From: Ruditapes philippinarum
Taxonomy: Eukaryota
Assembly (NCBI RefSeq): GCF_026571515.1
Contig: NW_026864584.1
Span: 1-64,000, forward strand
DNA length: 64,000 nucleotides
Direction of reading: 5' to 3'
Positions within the stretch are counted from its first letter, which is position 1, and each line of letters begins with the position of its first letter. Below, in pieces: positions 40,291 through 52,247 of this stretch. The translations under genes were made by a program, and so were the position numbers. Under the pieces are notes generated by a model, which worked only from the letters and a program-made list of their open reading frames with translations, did not search any database and was not told where the DNA came from.

Positions 40291-41475
40291 GGAGACATAT
40301 TTTTGTGACAGAACCGTTCTTGTTCATACTAGTTTTGGCAAAAATCTTGCGGTAAATAAAACTAAAACGCATATAGAAATTAAATTGCTCCACATACCAT
40401 TTGATACCATTTGATAAACATATGGATACACATAAAATATTTAAGAAAATATGCCACCTTGAATTAACGCGCATACAGAAATTACAAAGTGACGTAAAAG
40501 GCCGTTGTTACTAATTTTGCGCATGTCTCACACGTGTTTCGGTTTATGTGACCTTTTGTTATGTGTCAAAACCAAACGCTGTTTTTTTTGTTTTGTTTTT
40601 TATTGTTTTTTGTAAGCTTGATATTCTTGTGTCCATAATATACGTTCTGTCCGTATTTTTTCGGATTGATCCCACATAAATATTTCAAAACTATCCTAAA
40701 TTTAATTTAATTATTTAGTCTGAGCTATTCTTATTTGACGTTCAGTGTTATAGTATAAGGTTAATATTCTACATTGTTGATTGCAATACTGAATTATTTT
40801 AGACGTGTGCTCAGCTGTCACCAGATGCTAGCTGAGTCTGATAAAGGCAGCTGTATACGAGTCCAGTAAAATCGGTATTGTTTAACACAATGTATCATGA
40901 CCACTTGGCTTTACGCCACCATTTTTTGATATTTTGAATTTGGTACATCAAGTACAGTGAGAATCAGATATGGATATTTGGACTCGAGGTAAAAGTGGGT
41001 ACGATTTGCATTTAATTAAGATTATTTGGATTTAAAAAATGAACATGAGGCTATATGAGGGGTACAATACGCCGAAAATTAAAACGAGGTGAATTTAATA
41101 CGACTGGATAAAAAATGATTTATTTTTAATTATCACGTTGTGCAAATATTGGAAGTTTGTTTGTTATGCAAACAGGTGTGAAGTGATTATCGATATTTTT
41201 GTAAGAAACTGCGAGTTTCCCATACATAATAAATGATACGATATGGTCCGACACGCTGCTTTGGAAAAAAAAGAGCTATTACGGACCAACATTTGCTCGA
41301 ATATATTATTAAATATTTGCATGTTTGTACAAAGGATAAAACGTTACGTTAAATAGCATTTTGAAAATGCCACAAAACATAATCGCACGTACGTCAACGT
41401 AGAAGGAATGTAATTGTATAAAACAATACAAATTAAAATTATCGTCATAATTACACCAATTGGAAATTAAAGTTA

Positions 41476-42526
41476 TCAAACTTGTGTTTCATTTCTATCA
41501 GCTGGTGAAAAAGAGCATACAGCACATGTTAATTCTCTTGTGTGCTTATATGGTGGACACTTCAGCGCCCCGCCGCACGACGCTTCAACAAAATAGAAAT
41601 GTTTCTCATCTTTGGCACCATTCCCGGCCTCTAATGCTTCTGGTTTTTCATCAACACACACATATTCCGATGAACTTGCATGGCTGTAGTGTCCGCCCAT
41701 AAGATAACCACTGTACTCCAAAACATAATCTTTGTAACAGATGTTTCTTCCAGGAATCATAAGTACATTATTACGAGGGATCCTGCACACTGCACAAGGC
41801 ACGTCTTGGTAATGTAAATGTTTCCATTTTGGGTAGTCTGCGGTGTAGTATTCAGCTCCGTATATTCTGTCAGCTGTTTGAAAACCATCTATGTATTGAC
41901 CCCATGTAGGATCTTTAGGCAAGCACAAATAATTTGATCCCGAACCCTTGTGAGTGTAGTGACCACCACCTGCATAACCGTCATAAACGAGAAAGGCTTC
42001 TTCCGGACAAATCGTCCGACCCCAACGCGTATATGTCGTTCCGTCAAATGACCTTTCTGTTCTGGACAACTTGTTCTTCATCAACGTGATAATATTTCTT
42101 GCATCTATTGTAAATATAGAATTTCATTTATCAAAAGATAATTATGTAATACAGTGTTGTGTAAAAACATAACAATGTATTGTAATAAATTGATGAATTA
42201 CGTCGTATATACAACCAGAGAAAATACATAATCCGCAAAACTAATGCTGAAATCGGTTTGAATTGACTTTATAATATTTACATGATTTAAAAATAGAAAA
42301 AAAAACTAAAATAATGTAAGTGCTGATTACCGCTTAATTCATTCCTAAGTGCATTGCTCGTCTCCTCTTGTTGTTTTGTTTTTTCTTCAAGCATGACTAG
42401 TTTTTGCAAAACGTCGAATTCGTATTCAAACTTATTATAGCACACGTGTGGCTCATCATTTGACAAGCACGTGGTGAAATAGAAGTTTCCAGCAAATGAC
42501 AGTAAAAGCATTATTCCACCAACCAT
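41476..42526 (-). CDS. Copy 4 (subfamily A): secreted coiled-coil + short-chain collagen C4 domain protein, 274 aa, intact
   Basis: Exon 1 is 42526-42331 and exon 2 is 42104-41476, with a 226-bp GT-AG phase-1 intron. All conserved Cys residues and motifs are present. Confidence 0.92.
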
Positions 42527-43372
42527 TTTATTTTCACTGGAAAAGTCTTGCTTTCTTTTTCATAAAAAATTAAAATAGCTTTGTCCGTTTATAGTAGCAG
42601 ATGTACGCTGCTGTATGGTGGATTCAATAGTGATAACAACTTATATAGTTCTTTCCTTGTTCTCACGGATTTGAACATATAATACACTTATTTTCGTATC
42701 CTTAATTCATTCAGCCTTTAGCTAAATCATGATTGATTTGGGGAAAATTGTTTGTATGTTTTGAAACAGACATTTTAACAGGATCATTCAAATAAAACAA
42801 CTGCGAATTATAATAACAATGATTGATATGGCTGTCATGACTTATAATCGCCATCATTTTAATGTCAAATGACATCGGTTATGACAGCAAATTGCATTTT
42901 AAAAAGATATGGACGTTGTATTTAATATTTTTGGCGTATAATGAAATCTTAATAGTTCTGGACGATAAAACTAAATTATCTAGGGCGACAAAATCATAGT
43001 TTTCATCTTCAAATTATCTATATTTTAATATAATAATTGAAACAAATTGTTAAGTAGAAAAGATGTAATGCAAAAAATAAAGGTCGTTAGATAAAACAAT
43101 GCGGTGAAATTTTACATGAACCTTGATCACAGTTGTTACAATGTATCATCCATGACCCCTCTTACAAGCGCCGGATTATGCTACATAATTCTTACCACGA
43201 ACTCACAAAAGCACAAAATGTGGAATTTATATACAATAAATAAATCATAGATAATTCATTGCGAAATCGTCACTGAAGATAACTGTCCTTTTTTGCATGA
43301 GTGTCAACCGCCGTAAGAACAAATCTGCAAATTCAATATTTCACAATAACCATGATTAAATGTTGATTCTTC

Positions 43373-43500
43373 TTAAGCCGGTGCTAGACGGTAACTTGTA
43401 CTTTCCAGTACCTCAATGAACAGGCTTAATCAAACTAAGCCTGCAACATTTTCAATTGTGTCGTCTTGAACGTTCTTTAGAGATTCAGTTTTTCTCTTTT
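43373..43500 (+). repeat. Member of an abundant dispersed ~130-170 bp repeat family (aagccggtgctag...ttgcactttcc...atgaacaggctcaatcaaac)
   Basis: Related copies at ~3130-3248, 14110-14225, 30630-30755, 39430-39570, 46777-46910, 50400-50545, 54030-54180, 56945-57005, 62680-62840 and 63485-63590, on both strands. Confidence 0.65.
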
Positions 43501-43630
43501 GTAGGATGTTTATCTCGTATGTGACATTTTCTCATCAGTATATGAGAATAATTATTTTGTTATAACTATAACTTAATAAATATTATGCTGATAAATTGGA
43601 AAAAATAACAAGCATCTATAATTTTAATTA

Positions 43631-44735
43631 TCAAGCTTGTGTTTCATTTTTATCACCTGGGAGAAAAGAGCATACAACGCATGCTAGTTCACGTGAGTTC
43701 TTATATGGTGGACATGTTAGCGCTCCGCATGAAGCCTCAACGAAATAAAAATATTTTTCATCTTTGACTCCATTTCCAGCATCCAAAGCTTCTGGTTGGT
43801 CATCAACACAAACATATTCCGATGAGCCAGCATTACTGTAGTGACCGCTCATAAGATATCCAATGTATTCTAGGGTATAATCCTTATAACAGATGTTTCT
43901 CCCTGGAATCATAAGAACATTATTACCAGGGATCCTGCAGACGGCACATGGCACGTCTTGATTGTGGAGATGCTTCCAGTTTGGGTAGTCCTTGGTAAAG
44001 TATTCAACTCCGTAAATTACACCAGCTGTTTGAAAGCCTTCCATGTACAGACTCCATGTAGGGTCTTTAGGCAAGCAAAGAACGTTAGACCCAGAGCCTG
44101 TATGCTTATAATGACCACCCGCGGCATAACCATCATAAACAGGAATGGCTCCATCACGACATATGGTCCTACCCCAACGGATATATGTTGAGCCATCTAA
44201 TGACCGTTCGGTTTTGATTAAATTTTTCTTTATGACTGTTATGATTTTTCTAGCATCTGTAAGAGATATAAGAACGATTATTAATGAAATAGAGAAGAAG
44301 CAGAATGTCTAAATAAAGCCCAGCAAATTAAAAATGTTACAGGCTCCGTTTTATTGAGCTGGACAAGTCTTTTTCATCTTTAAGTTAACAGAATGTAGTT
44401 AATATCAAACCACGTAAATAAAATGCTAAGAACATCTGTAAAGATAATTTGAAATTTTCTGTTAAACTTCAAAATACTCAGACAAAAAAAATGTGTTAAA
44501 ACAAAATTTAGAAAAAAAACCCAACAAATTATTGTTTACCGCTTAATTCATTTTTCAGTGCATTGTTTGTTTCCTCCTGTTGCTTCGCCTTCTCTTCCAA
44601 CACCACAAGCTTCTGCAAAACATTGTATTCGTATTCAAACTTATTATAGCATACGTGCGGCTCCTCATTTGATAAACTTAAGGTGAAGTGAAAATATCCT
44701 AGAAGTGACACAATTGATATCACTTGACAAAACAT
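43631..44735 (-). CDS. Copy 5 (subfamily A, divergent): secreted coiled-coil + short-chain collagen C4 domain protein, 273 aa, intact
   Basis: Exon 1 is 44735-44540 (MFCQVISIVSLLGYFHF...KNELS). Exon 2 is 44256-43631; read by hand it is open (DARKIITVIKKNLIKTERSLDGSTYIRWGRTICRDG...). The intron is 283 bp. Confidence 0.92.
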
Positions 44736-47416
44736 TTCGTTGCTAGAACAATCTTTCAGTGTCTTATAAGATTTATATAGAAAACTGTTATAGTTGTTTG
44801 TGTCTTTCACAGCAAATACACGTTGCTTTGGTATATGTTTTTCTCACGGATTTCAAACAATTATATTCTTATTTTCCTGTCATAAGCTCTATTTTATGCG
44901 TATTTTATAACAAACATTTGAACAAGAGGTTTTCAAGTAAAATTCCTAAAAAATATCACAATAATGATACAAAATGGAGAAACATGATTGTCATCAAGAT
45001 CATTATAATGTCAAATTAATGACACTAGTAATGACCGAAAATTACATTTCAAGTAGAGTTGACGAAGTATTTTATAATTATAATTTCATATTATTTGACG
45101 TTTCATGAACCAAAGATACCATTTTATTCAATAGTATGGTAAAAAGACAAATTTACGCACTTTAATAATCATCTCTATCATAATAAATAAGGTTGTGTGA
45201 GAGATAATCAAAATTTGTGTTATAACTTGCTTCGTCGATGTTCATAAAATATAGAAAATCCTGCTGTATTGTTTTGTAAACTTTATGCAAATATCAAATT
45301 ATCAATACTGACTAGACACATTGGATAAACACATATCAATCACATTAAAATGAAAGTGTGTCTGATTTTCATGCAAAATTTACTTTTTTTTCATCCACCA
45401 TCGATACAAAAAGAGATATTTTAAATTAAAAAAAAAAATTAATTACTTTTTTATTTAAGGTTTAATTCCCGGTCTGCAAGTAAATTATGATCGACTTCTT
45501 CATTTAGTTCAAAAAAGGTCAATGACGACTTGATATAAAACGCCATATTGATTTTTGACACAAAGTATGAAAGAAAACTTTCACTCCATGAGACTCAGTG
45601 AAATTTGAGGACATATTTACATGGCATTTTATAAGTTATCGAATTTTGCAATCTTTAATTATATTCGTATGCAGTAAATATGTTATTTTTTGTTATATTT
45701 TCCACAAACAATTATAGAGTACGAAATTATATTTCATAAATTTGTCTGTGAATTGCAAGTGTATAGTTAAGTAGCCCTGCTGCAAATAATTTACACACTA
45801 GGTAAACATAACTTGAATCCCACGCTGTGCTCAAGTGTTTAATCGTTGCAGATAAACAAAAATTGGCGATGTTACCGTGTGTACAAAATGGCAGATTTAT
45901 TAGTCACTATTTTGCCATACATTTGTATATTCATTTATTTGTTCACATTGTATATAGTATTTAAAGGCATCTCATATAGATGTTTTATTCATGTAATGAA
46001 TTTGTATATCTGAATTTTTATGTTATCCTGTGAGCACATTATTTGTAAGCTCCTTATTATAATTAGGCGAATTATATATGTAAACGAATTAAATAATTAA
46101 AAATGATTTAATTAAGTATTTTAAGAAGTAATTACTTATGCTTTGTTCCACGTGATTAGGCAAAATCTTGATCATAAGTATAAAATAAAAAATTCCATAT
46201 ATAAGTATTTTAGAAAAAGTTATAGGAATCTTGATCACATAAACCATGACGCAAGATTTTAACAAACCCATTTAATAATAACGATAAGACACAAAAAAAA
46301 AAACACTGACGCGGCATCATTTGTATAACATACAAGGGCTTTATGTTAGCGTAACACTATAGACGTGACAACCAGAAATTTAGTATTAAACATACACTCA
46401 TTCAATATCCTCTATTCATCATGATTTCGATGATTAAAATGTTTTCTTTGTTAACACATTATGTAAAACAAACGGGGGTGTTTGACAAAAGTTTGATCTT
46501 GTTTCCTCTTATGCTGACCGGTAGCATACTTGATGCCTTTCCAGCAGTCATGACTAGCATATCAGAATTTAAGGCTACATTACATGACCGTTGCTCTCCC
46601 TTGTTGGTCGTCATTTCTTTGTGTAAAGGTTTGTATTCATATTCATCCAGTGAGCCTGTCAATGAAAACAATAAATGCATGCTAATATAAACTTTGTAGG
46701 CTCCATGATCAACGCCGTATGAACACAGTGTTTCTAAATATAAAATTTCACCACTATATTGATCTGCCTTTTTGCTAAAGCCTGTGCTAGGGGGCGTGAA
46801 CGGAAACTTGCACTTTCCAGTACCGTCCATGAACAGGCTCAATCAAACTTGCAACATTGTCAATTTTGGCGTTTTGAAAGTTTTTTTGGGATTCCGTTTT
46901 TTCTCTGAAATTAGAAGGATAGTGATCAGACTGTAATGTTGGTTTCTGTCTCTTGTTAAACTTAAGATGATTATTAAGATTCTAACAAAAGGTATTTATT
47001 AAGTTAAAATTTAGATTTTAAAATTTATTGACACTTTGCATGAAGGAGATATTACAGAAACTGTTCTGTTATTTTCCGTTATTCATAACAGACATGTGCT
47101 AAACATATAATAAATGTGTTGTTTATCAGGCATTATTTGAAAATTATAACTTTACAATTTTTATCCGGTAAAGAAGAATATTATTTGCATGGTGTAAATT
47201 GCTTTCAGTTAACATTTACATTTCAAAAATATGGACAAATTATATTAACTAAACGAAAGACATGTTCACTTAAATGTTAAGAAAACTGTAATCGCCCAGA
47301 TAAATCTTTGAAATACCAACACATATTTGATAAAGGGCCTTTAAATTCAAACAGTTTTTGTTCTCATAAATTGTATATATTTAAGCGTTATTAAACTTCA
47401 ATTACATAAAAGGAAA

Positions 47417-48588
47417 ATGGCAGTCAGTCTTGTATTAAACGTTTTTCTTATCTTTTCATGCATTTGTTGCTTGGTGCATTGTGAATGTCCAAGAAATGGA
47501 ACATGTTGTGACCAGTTCCAGTGTGAATACAGTTTATACAAGAAACTTATTGAGTTAGAAAGCAAACTTGGTTCTTTGGAAATTCAATAAGAAGGTAATT
47601 TTATTGATATTCACAAGCTCGTTTTTGAATTAATCAATCCTGTTCTGGTTAAGCAATAAATGATATCCTATTTTTATTTATCTATTTTTTATGACAGTTC
47701 GTTCGAACGGAAACAATTTTTATTCAAAACCAAAGAAGAACTGTTCTGTTTATAGACAAAATCACAAATTGTTAACCTTAGATTTAGTTGTCGGTGTTAG
47801 ATTAACAAATAAATGAAATAAGCATGTTTTTAATTCGTATGGTGTTTTGACATAATTGATACTTTTGGCAGCTATTCGCTAGGGACTTAAATTGTTGGTG
47901 ATTATATAACAGACATTTGAAATTTGTTATTGAATGTGGTCGATTAGAAAAATGATGATTGCAAGTAAAATATCAAAATATGGTAAACTGAATTATATAT
48001 GCGGAAATATTTTCAGAAAGTCGTAACAAAATAGAAAAAGCTCCAAAAAGCGGATCAACCTATGTACGATGGGGACGAACGACATGTAGGGGTGATTCAA
48101 AGGAAGTTTATAACGGATATGCCGCAGGGTCGCACCACGCGGAGCCTGGTGCAGCTGCCAATGTCCTTTGCCTTACAAAATCACCTAAATGGGGACAATA
48201 TACGTCAACAGTTGAATCAGGCGGCGCCTTTATTTACGGGGCTGAGTATAGTGTGTACATGTACACTGACTGGAAGTACTTACAGGACCATGACGTACCT
48301 TGTGTGGTTTGCCAAGTTCCACGAAGTGATATTTTGATGGTCCCTGGCAATAACATTTGCCCAACAGGATACAAGATAGAATACAATGGCTATCTAATGG
48401 CTGGACATACCCGAGGGTCTGTTGCGTCTGAACACTTCTGCGTAGATTCTCTTCCGGAGAAATTATATGGTGGCGACGGAGATAAAACCGCAAAAGTATT
48501 CTGTTTCGTTCAAGCTATATGCGGTTCTCTAAAATGCCCACCGTATGTGAATGGACGGGAACTTACTTGTGCTGTATGCTCACGTTAG
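47417..48588 (+). pseudogene. Copy 6 (subfamily B) with a nonsense codon at the end of exon 1
   Basis: Exon 1 (47417-47594) is identical to copy 7 except TTA->TAA at 47588-47590. Exon 2 (48017-48588) is fully open. Confidence 0.85.
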
Positions 48589-48591
48589 CTT

Positions 48592-49196
48592 TTGTGCTAT
48601 ATACTGTGCTTTAAAAACATTAAAAAAATGTTTCAACTTTGAGAACTCAGGTGTATTGAGTCCGATATCATGTTAATGCTAATAACAAGCAAATAAAGAA
48701 ATAAACACATTTTCTCTGATTTGTTAACATAGATCAGTTGTTATGCCACAATTATTGTAATACTTTCTTGAAAATATCATAATTTTTAATAAAATTATTT
48801 TTGCTAAAATGTAAACCATTATAAAATAAAAACAATTTAATCTTTGTTAAAAAAATGCAAATTTGAATGCAATTTATTTTAAAATTTTAATGCGTTTGTG
48901 TTATATACTGTGCTTTAAAAACATTAAAAACATGTTTCAACTTTGAGAACTCAGGTGTAATGAGTCCGATATCATGTTAATGCTAATAACAAGCAAATAA
49001 AGAAATAAACACACTTTCTCTGATTTGTTAACATAGATCAGTTGTTATGCCACAATTATTGTAATACTTTCTTGAAAATATCATAATTTTTAATAAAATT
49101 ATTTTTGCTAAATGTAAAAATATTATAAAATAAAAACAATTTAATCTTTGTTAAAAAATGCAAATTTGAATGCAATTTATTTTAAAATTTTAATGC
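48592..49196. repeat. ~304-bp tandem duplication of the 3'UTR/poly(A) region (also at 52251-52848)
   Basis: ttgtg(c/t)tatatactgtgctt starts at 48592 and 48896. Each copy carries tandem AATAAA signals (e.g. 48692, 48700). Confidence 0.9.
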
Positions 49197-51119
49197 TATT
49201 TAATTTTATTATATTTTTGATCTATGTAATTTAACGACATAAATAATATTAATGTGTTAAACAGAAATTACCTTTTACAATTTCTTTTATTAAAAAAGTT
49301 GTTTGATATTCTTTATCATTATGTCGATATATTGATTCTGATTTCAATAGTAACTTTAAGATACCTTAGAACGTGAATATGAAATAACGAAAAAGTTGCT
49401 CAACTTATTTCTTAACCAGATGGGAATAGTTTGTCGCAAGTATATACAGATGTTGACATAACACGGAAAACACAAGCTAGAGAAAAAACAAACGCATGTT
49501 ACACCATAAACGAACGAGAGTTGAACACATGTTAAACAAACGAAATACGCAAAGACACACGCAAAACGATATACACAAAACGATAAACGCTCTCTCGAAC
49601 CTTTGAACGTATACAAAATAAAAACATTTCTAACCGTTCAATAAACTATAACTTTAGATCGCTATACAATGTATTTTAATGATTTTATTAAATGATAAGC
49701 ATGTTGATTCTTTAAGGGTTCATATTAAAAATACATCACACACATGAAATAAGTTTTAACAATAATGTCTGTCTGTATTTTGCATTAGTTTCGTCTTAAA
49801 ATCAATACCTTTAGTGCGGCGACAAGGAACACTTCCTCATTGCTGGTGGATCTGATCATCAAGGTCTGCCCTGTTAGAAAAAGTACTATTACATGAATGT
49901 CAAGCCAATTTAATAGACAAAAATTATTTCACAATATGCTAAAAATATTCATTCATATGAAAGGGTAAGAAACATGTGCATCCTGAAGGGGATTTGAACT
50001 TAAGACCATCAGAATACAATACATCGGCACCACAAAATGGACCCAGAACCCCCGGAATATCGAATCGCAGCTGTACGGCTCAACCCTCACCTAATAAATG
50101 ATCAGCTTTAGGAGGCTTATACCCTCATGGCACGATGTTGGGCGTCAGGTTAAGAAAGACGAAAGATCTCCGTACTTCCGTGATTTCGTATGAATGTGTA
50201 GAACAAGGGATTTGTTTAACAAATGAACTAGTCATAAAAATGATTTTCAAAAAGGCTATGTTTTTAATGAAATAATTGTTTTATTTCAATCTGAAATTGT
50301 GACAGGTATACACTGACATTTATCAAAATGATTGAAAAAAGTATACTAGTCTTATCCTTTATAACAAAAAAAATCCTGGTTTAAAAATCTGGGGAAAGGT
50401 GATTTTCGGAATTATTAATCACATCAAAATTACATGAAAATTGAAGACTCGGTTTGATTTTGTCTGAACATGAAGGATAATGAAAAAGTGCAACACCCCT
50501 CGCGCAACCTATACCCGGCTTGAGCGGTACTAAATTGTCAACATTTCAATCCTTGTCTTAATAAATCACCTCTATCTATCCAACAAGATGTATAATTTTG
50601 CATATTAAAGTTGTTAGAAGGATAGTGATCAGACTGTAATGTTGGTTTCTGTCTCTTGTTAAACTTAAGATTATTATTAAGATTCTAACAAAAGGTATTT
50701 ATTAACTTAAAATTTAGATTTTAAAATTTATTGACACTTTGCATGAAGGAGATATTACAGAAACTGTTCTGTTATTTTCCGTTATTCATAACAGATATGT
50801 GCTAAACATATAATAAATGTGTTGTTTATCAGACATTATTTGAAAATTATAACTTTACAATTTTTATCCGGTAAAGAAGAATATTATTTGCATGGTGTAA
50901 ATTGCTCTCAGTTAACATTTACATTTCAAAAATATGGACAAATTATATTAACTAAACGAAAGACATGTTCACTTAAATGTTAAGAAAACTGTAATCGCCC
51001 AGATAAATCTTTGAAATACCAACACATATTTGAAAAAGGGCCTTTAAATTCAAACAGTTTTTGTTCTCATAAATTGTATATATTTAAGCGTTATTAAACT
51101 TCAATTACATAAAAGGAAA

Positions 51120-52247
51120 ATGGCAGTCAGTCTTGTATTAAACGTTTTTCTTATCTTTTCATGCATTTGTTGCTTGGTGCATTGTGAATGTCCAAGAAAT
51201 GGAACATGTTGTGACCAGTTCCAGTGTGAATACAGTTTATACAAGAAACTTATTGAGTTAGAAAGCAAACTTGGTTCTTTGGAAATTCAATTAGAAGGTA
51301 ATTTTATTGATATTCACAAGCTCGTGATATCCTATTTTTATTTATCTATTGTTTATGACAGTTCGTTCGAACGGAAACAATTTTTATTCAAAACCAAAGA
51401 AGAACTGTTCTGTTTATAGACAAAATCACAAATTGTTAACCTTAGATTTAGTTGTCGGTGTTAGATTAACAAATAAATGAAATAAGCATTTTTTTAATTG
51501 GTGTTTTGACATAATTTATACTTTTTGGCAGCTATTCGCTAGGGACTTAAATTGTTGGTGATTATATAACAGACATTTGAAATTTGTTATTGAATGTGGT
51601 CGATTAGAAAAATGAAAATGCAAGTAAAATATCAAAATATGGTAAACTGAATTATATATGCGGAAATATTTTCAGAAAGTCGTAACAAAATAGAAAAAGT
51701 TCCAAAAAGCGGATCAACCTACGTACGATGGGGACGAACGACATGTAGAGGTGATTCAAAGGAAGTTTATAACGGATATGCCGCAGGGTCGCACCACGCG
51801 GAGCCTGGTGGAGCTGCCAATGCCCTTTGCCTTACAAAGTCACCTAAATGGGGACAGTATACGTCAACAGTTGAATCAGGCGGCGCCTTTATTTACGGGG
51901 CTGAGTATAGTGTGTACATGCACACTGACTGGAAGCACTTACAGGACCATGACGTACCTTGTGTGGTTTGCCAAGTTCCACGAAGTGATATTTTGATGGT
52001 CCCTGGCAGTAACATTTGCCCAACAGGATACAAGATAGAATACAATGGCTATCTAATGGCTGGACATACCCGAGGGTCTGTTGCGTCTGAATACCTCTGC
52101 GTAGATTCTCTTCCGGAGAAATTATATGGTGGCGACGGAGATAAAACAGCAAAAGTATTCTGTATCGTTCAAGCTATATGCGGTTCTCTTAAATGCCCAC
52201 CGTATGTGAATGGACGGGAACTTACTTGTGCTGTATGCTCACGTTAG
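51120..52247 (+). CDS. Copy 7 (subfamily B): secreted Cys-rich/coiled-coil + short-chain collagen C4 domain protein, 249 aa, intact
   Basis: Exon 1 is 51120-51297 (donor G|GTAAT). Exon 2 is 51676-52247 (ttttcAG|), reading ...KSGSTYVRWGRTTCRG...IYGAEY...CPPYVNGRELTCAVCSR*. Confidence 0.92.

Noticed and set aside
44736-44810. N-terminal extension of copy 5 (and MKK of copy 2) in the ORF track
   Set aside because: These come from GTG/TTG starts; the ATG aligned with the paralogs and directly preceding the signal peptide is more plausible.
46459-46842. 127-aa ORF in the head-to-head spacer
   Set aside because: Non-ATG start inside a dispersed repeat; no recognisable motif or splice partner.
48062-48493. 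Alternative-frame and antisense ORFs over subfamily B exon 2 (also 51751-52152 and 61351-61659)
   Set aside because: They overlap the true reading frame of the conserved domain and have no independent support.
49980-50190. Possible minus-strand tRNA-derived SINE (B-box-like gttcaaatc), duplicated at ~53630-53840
   Set aside because: No convincing A-box, tail or TSD; too degenerate to call.
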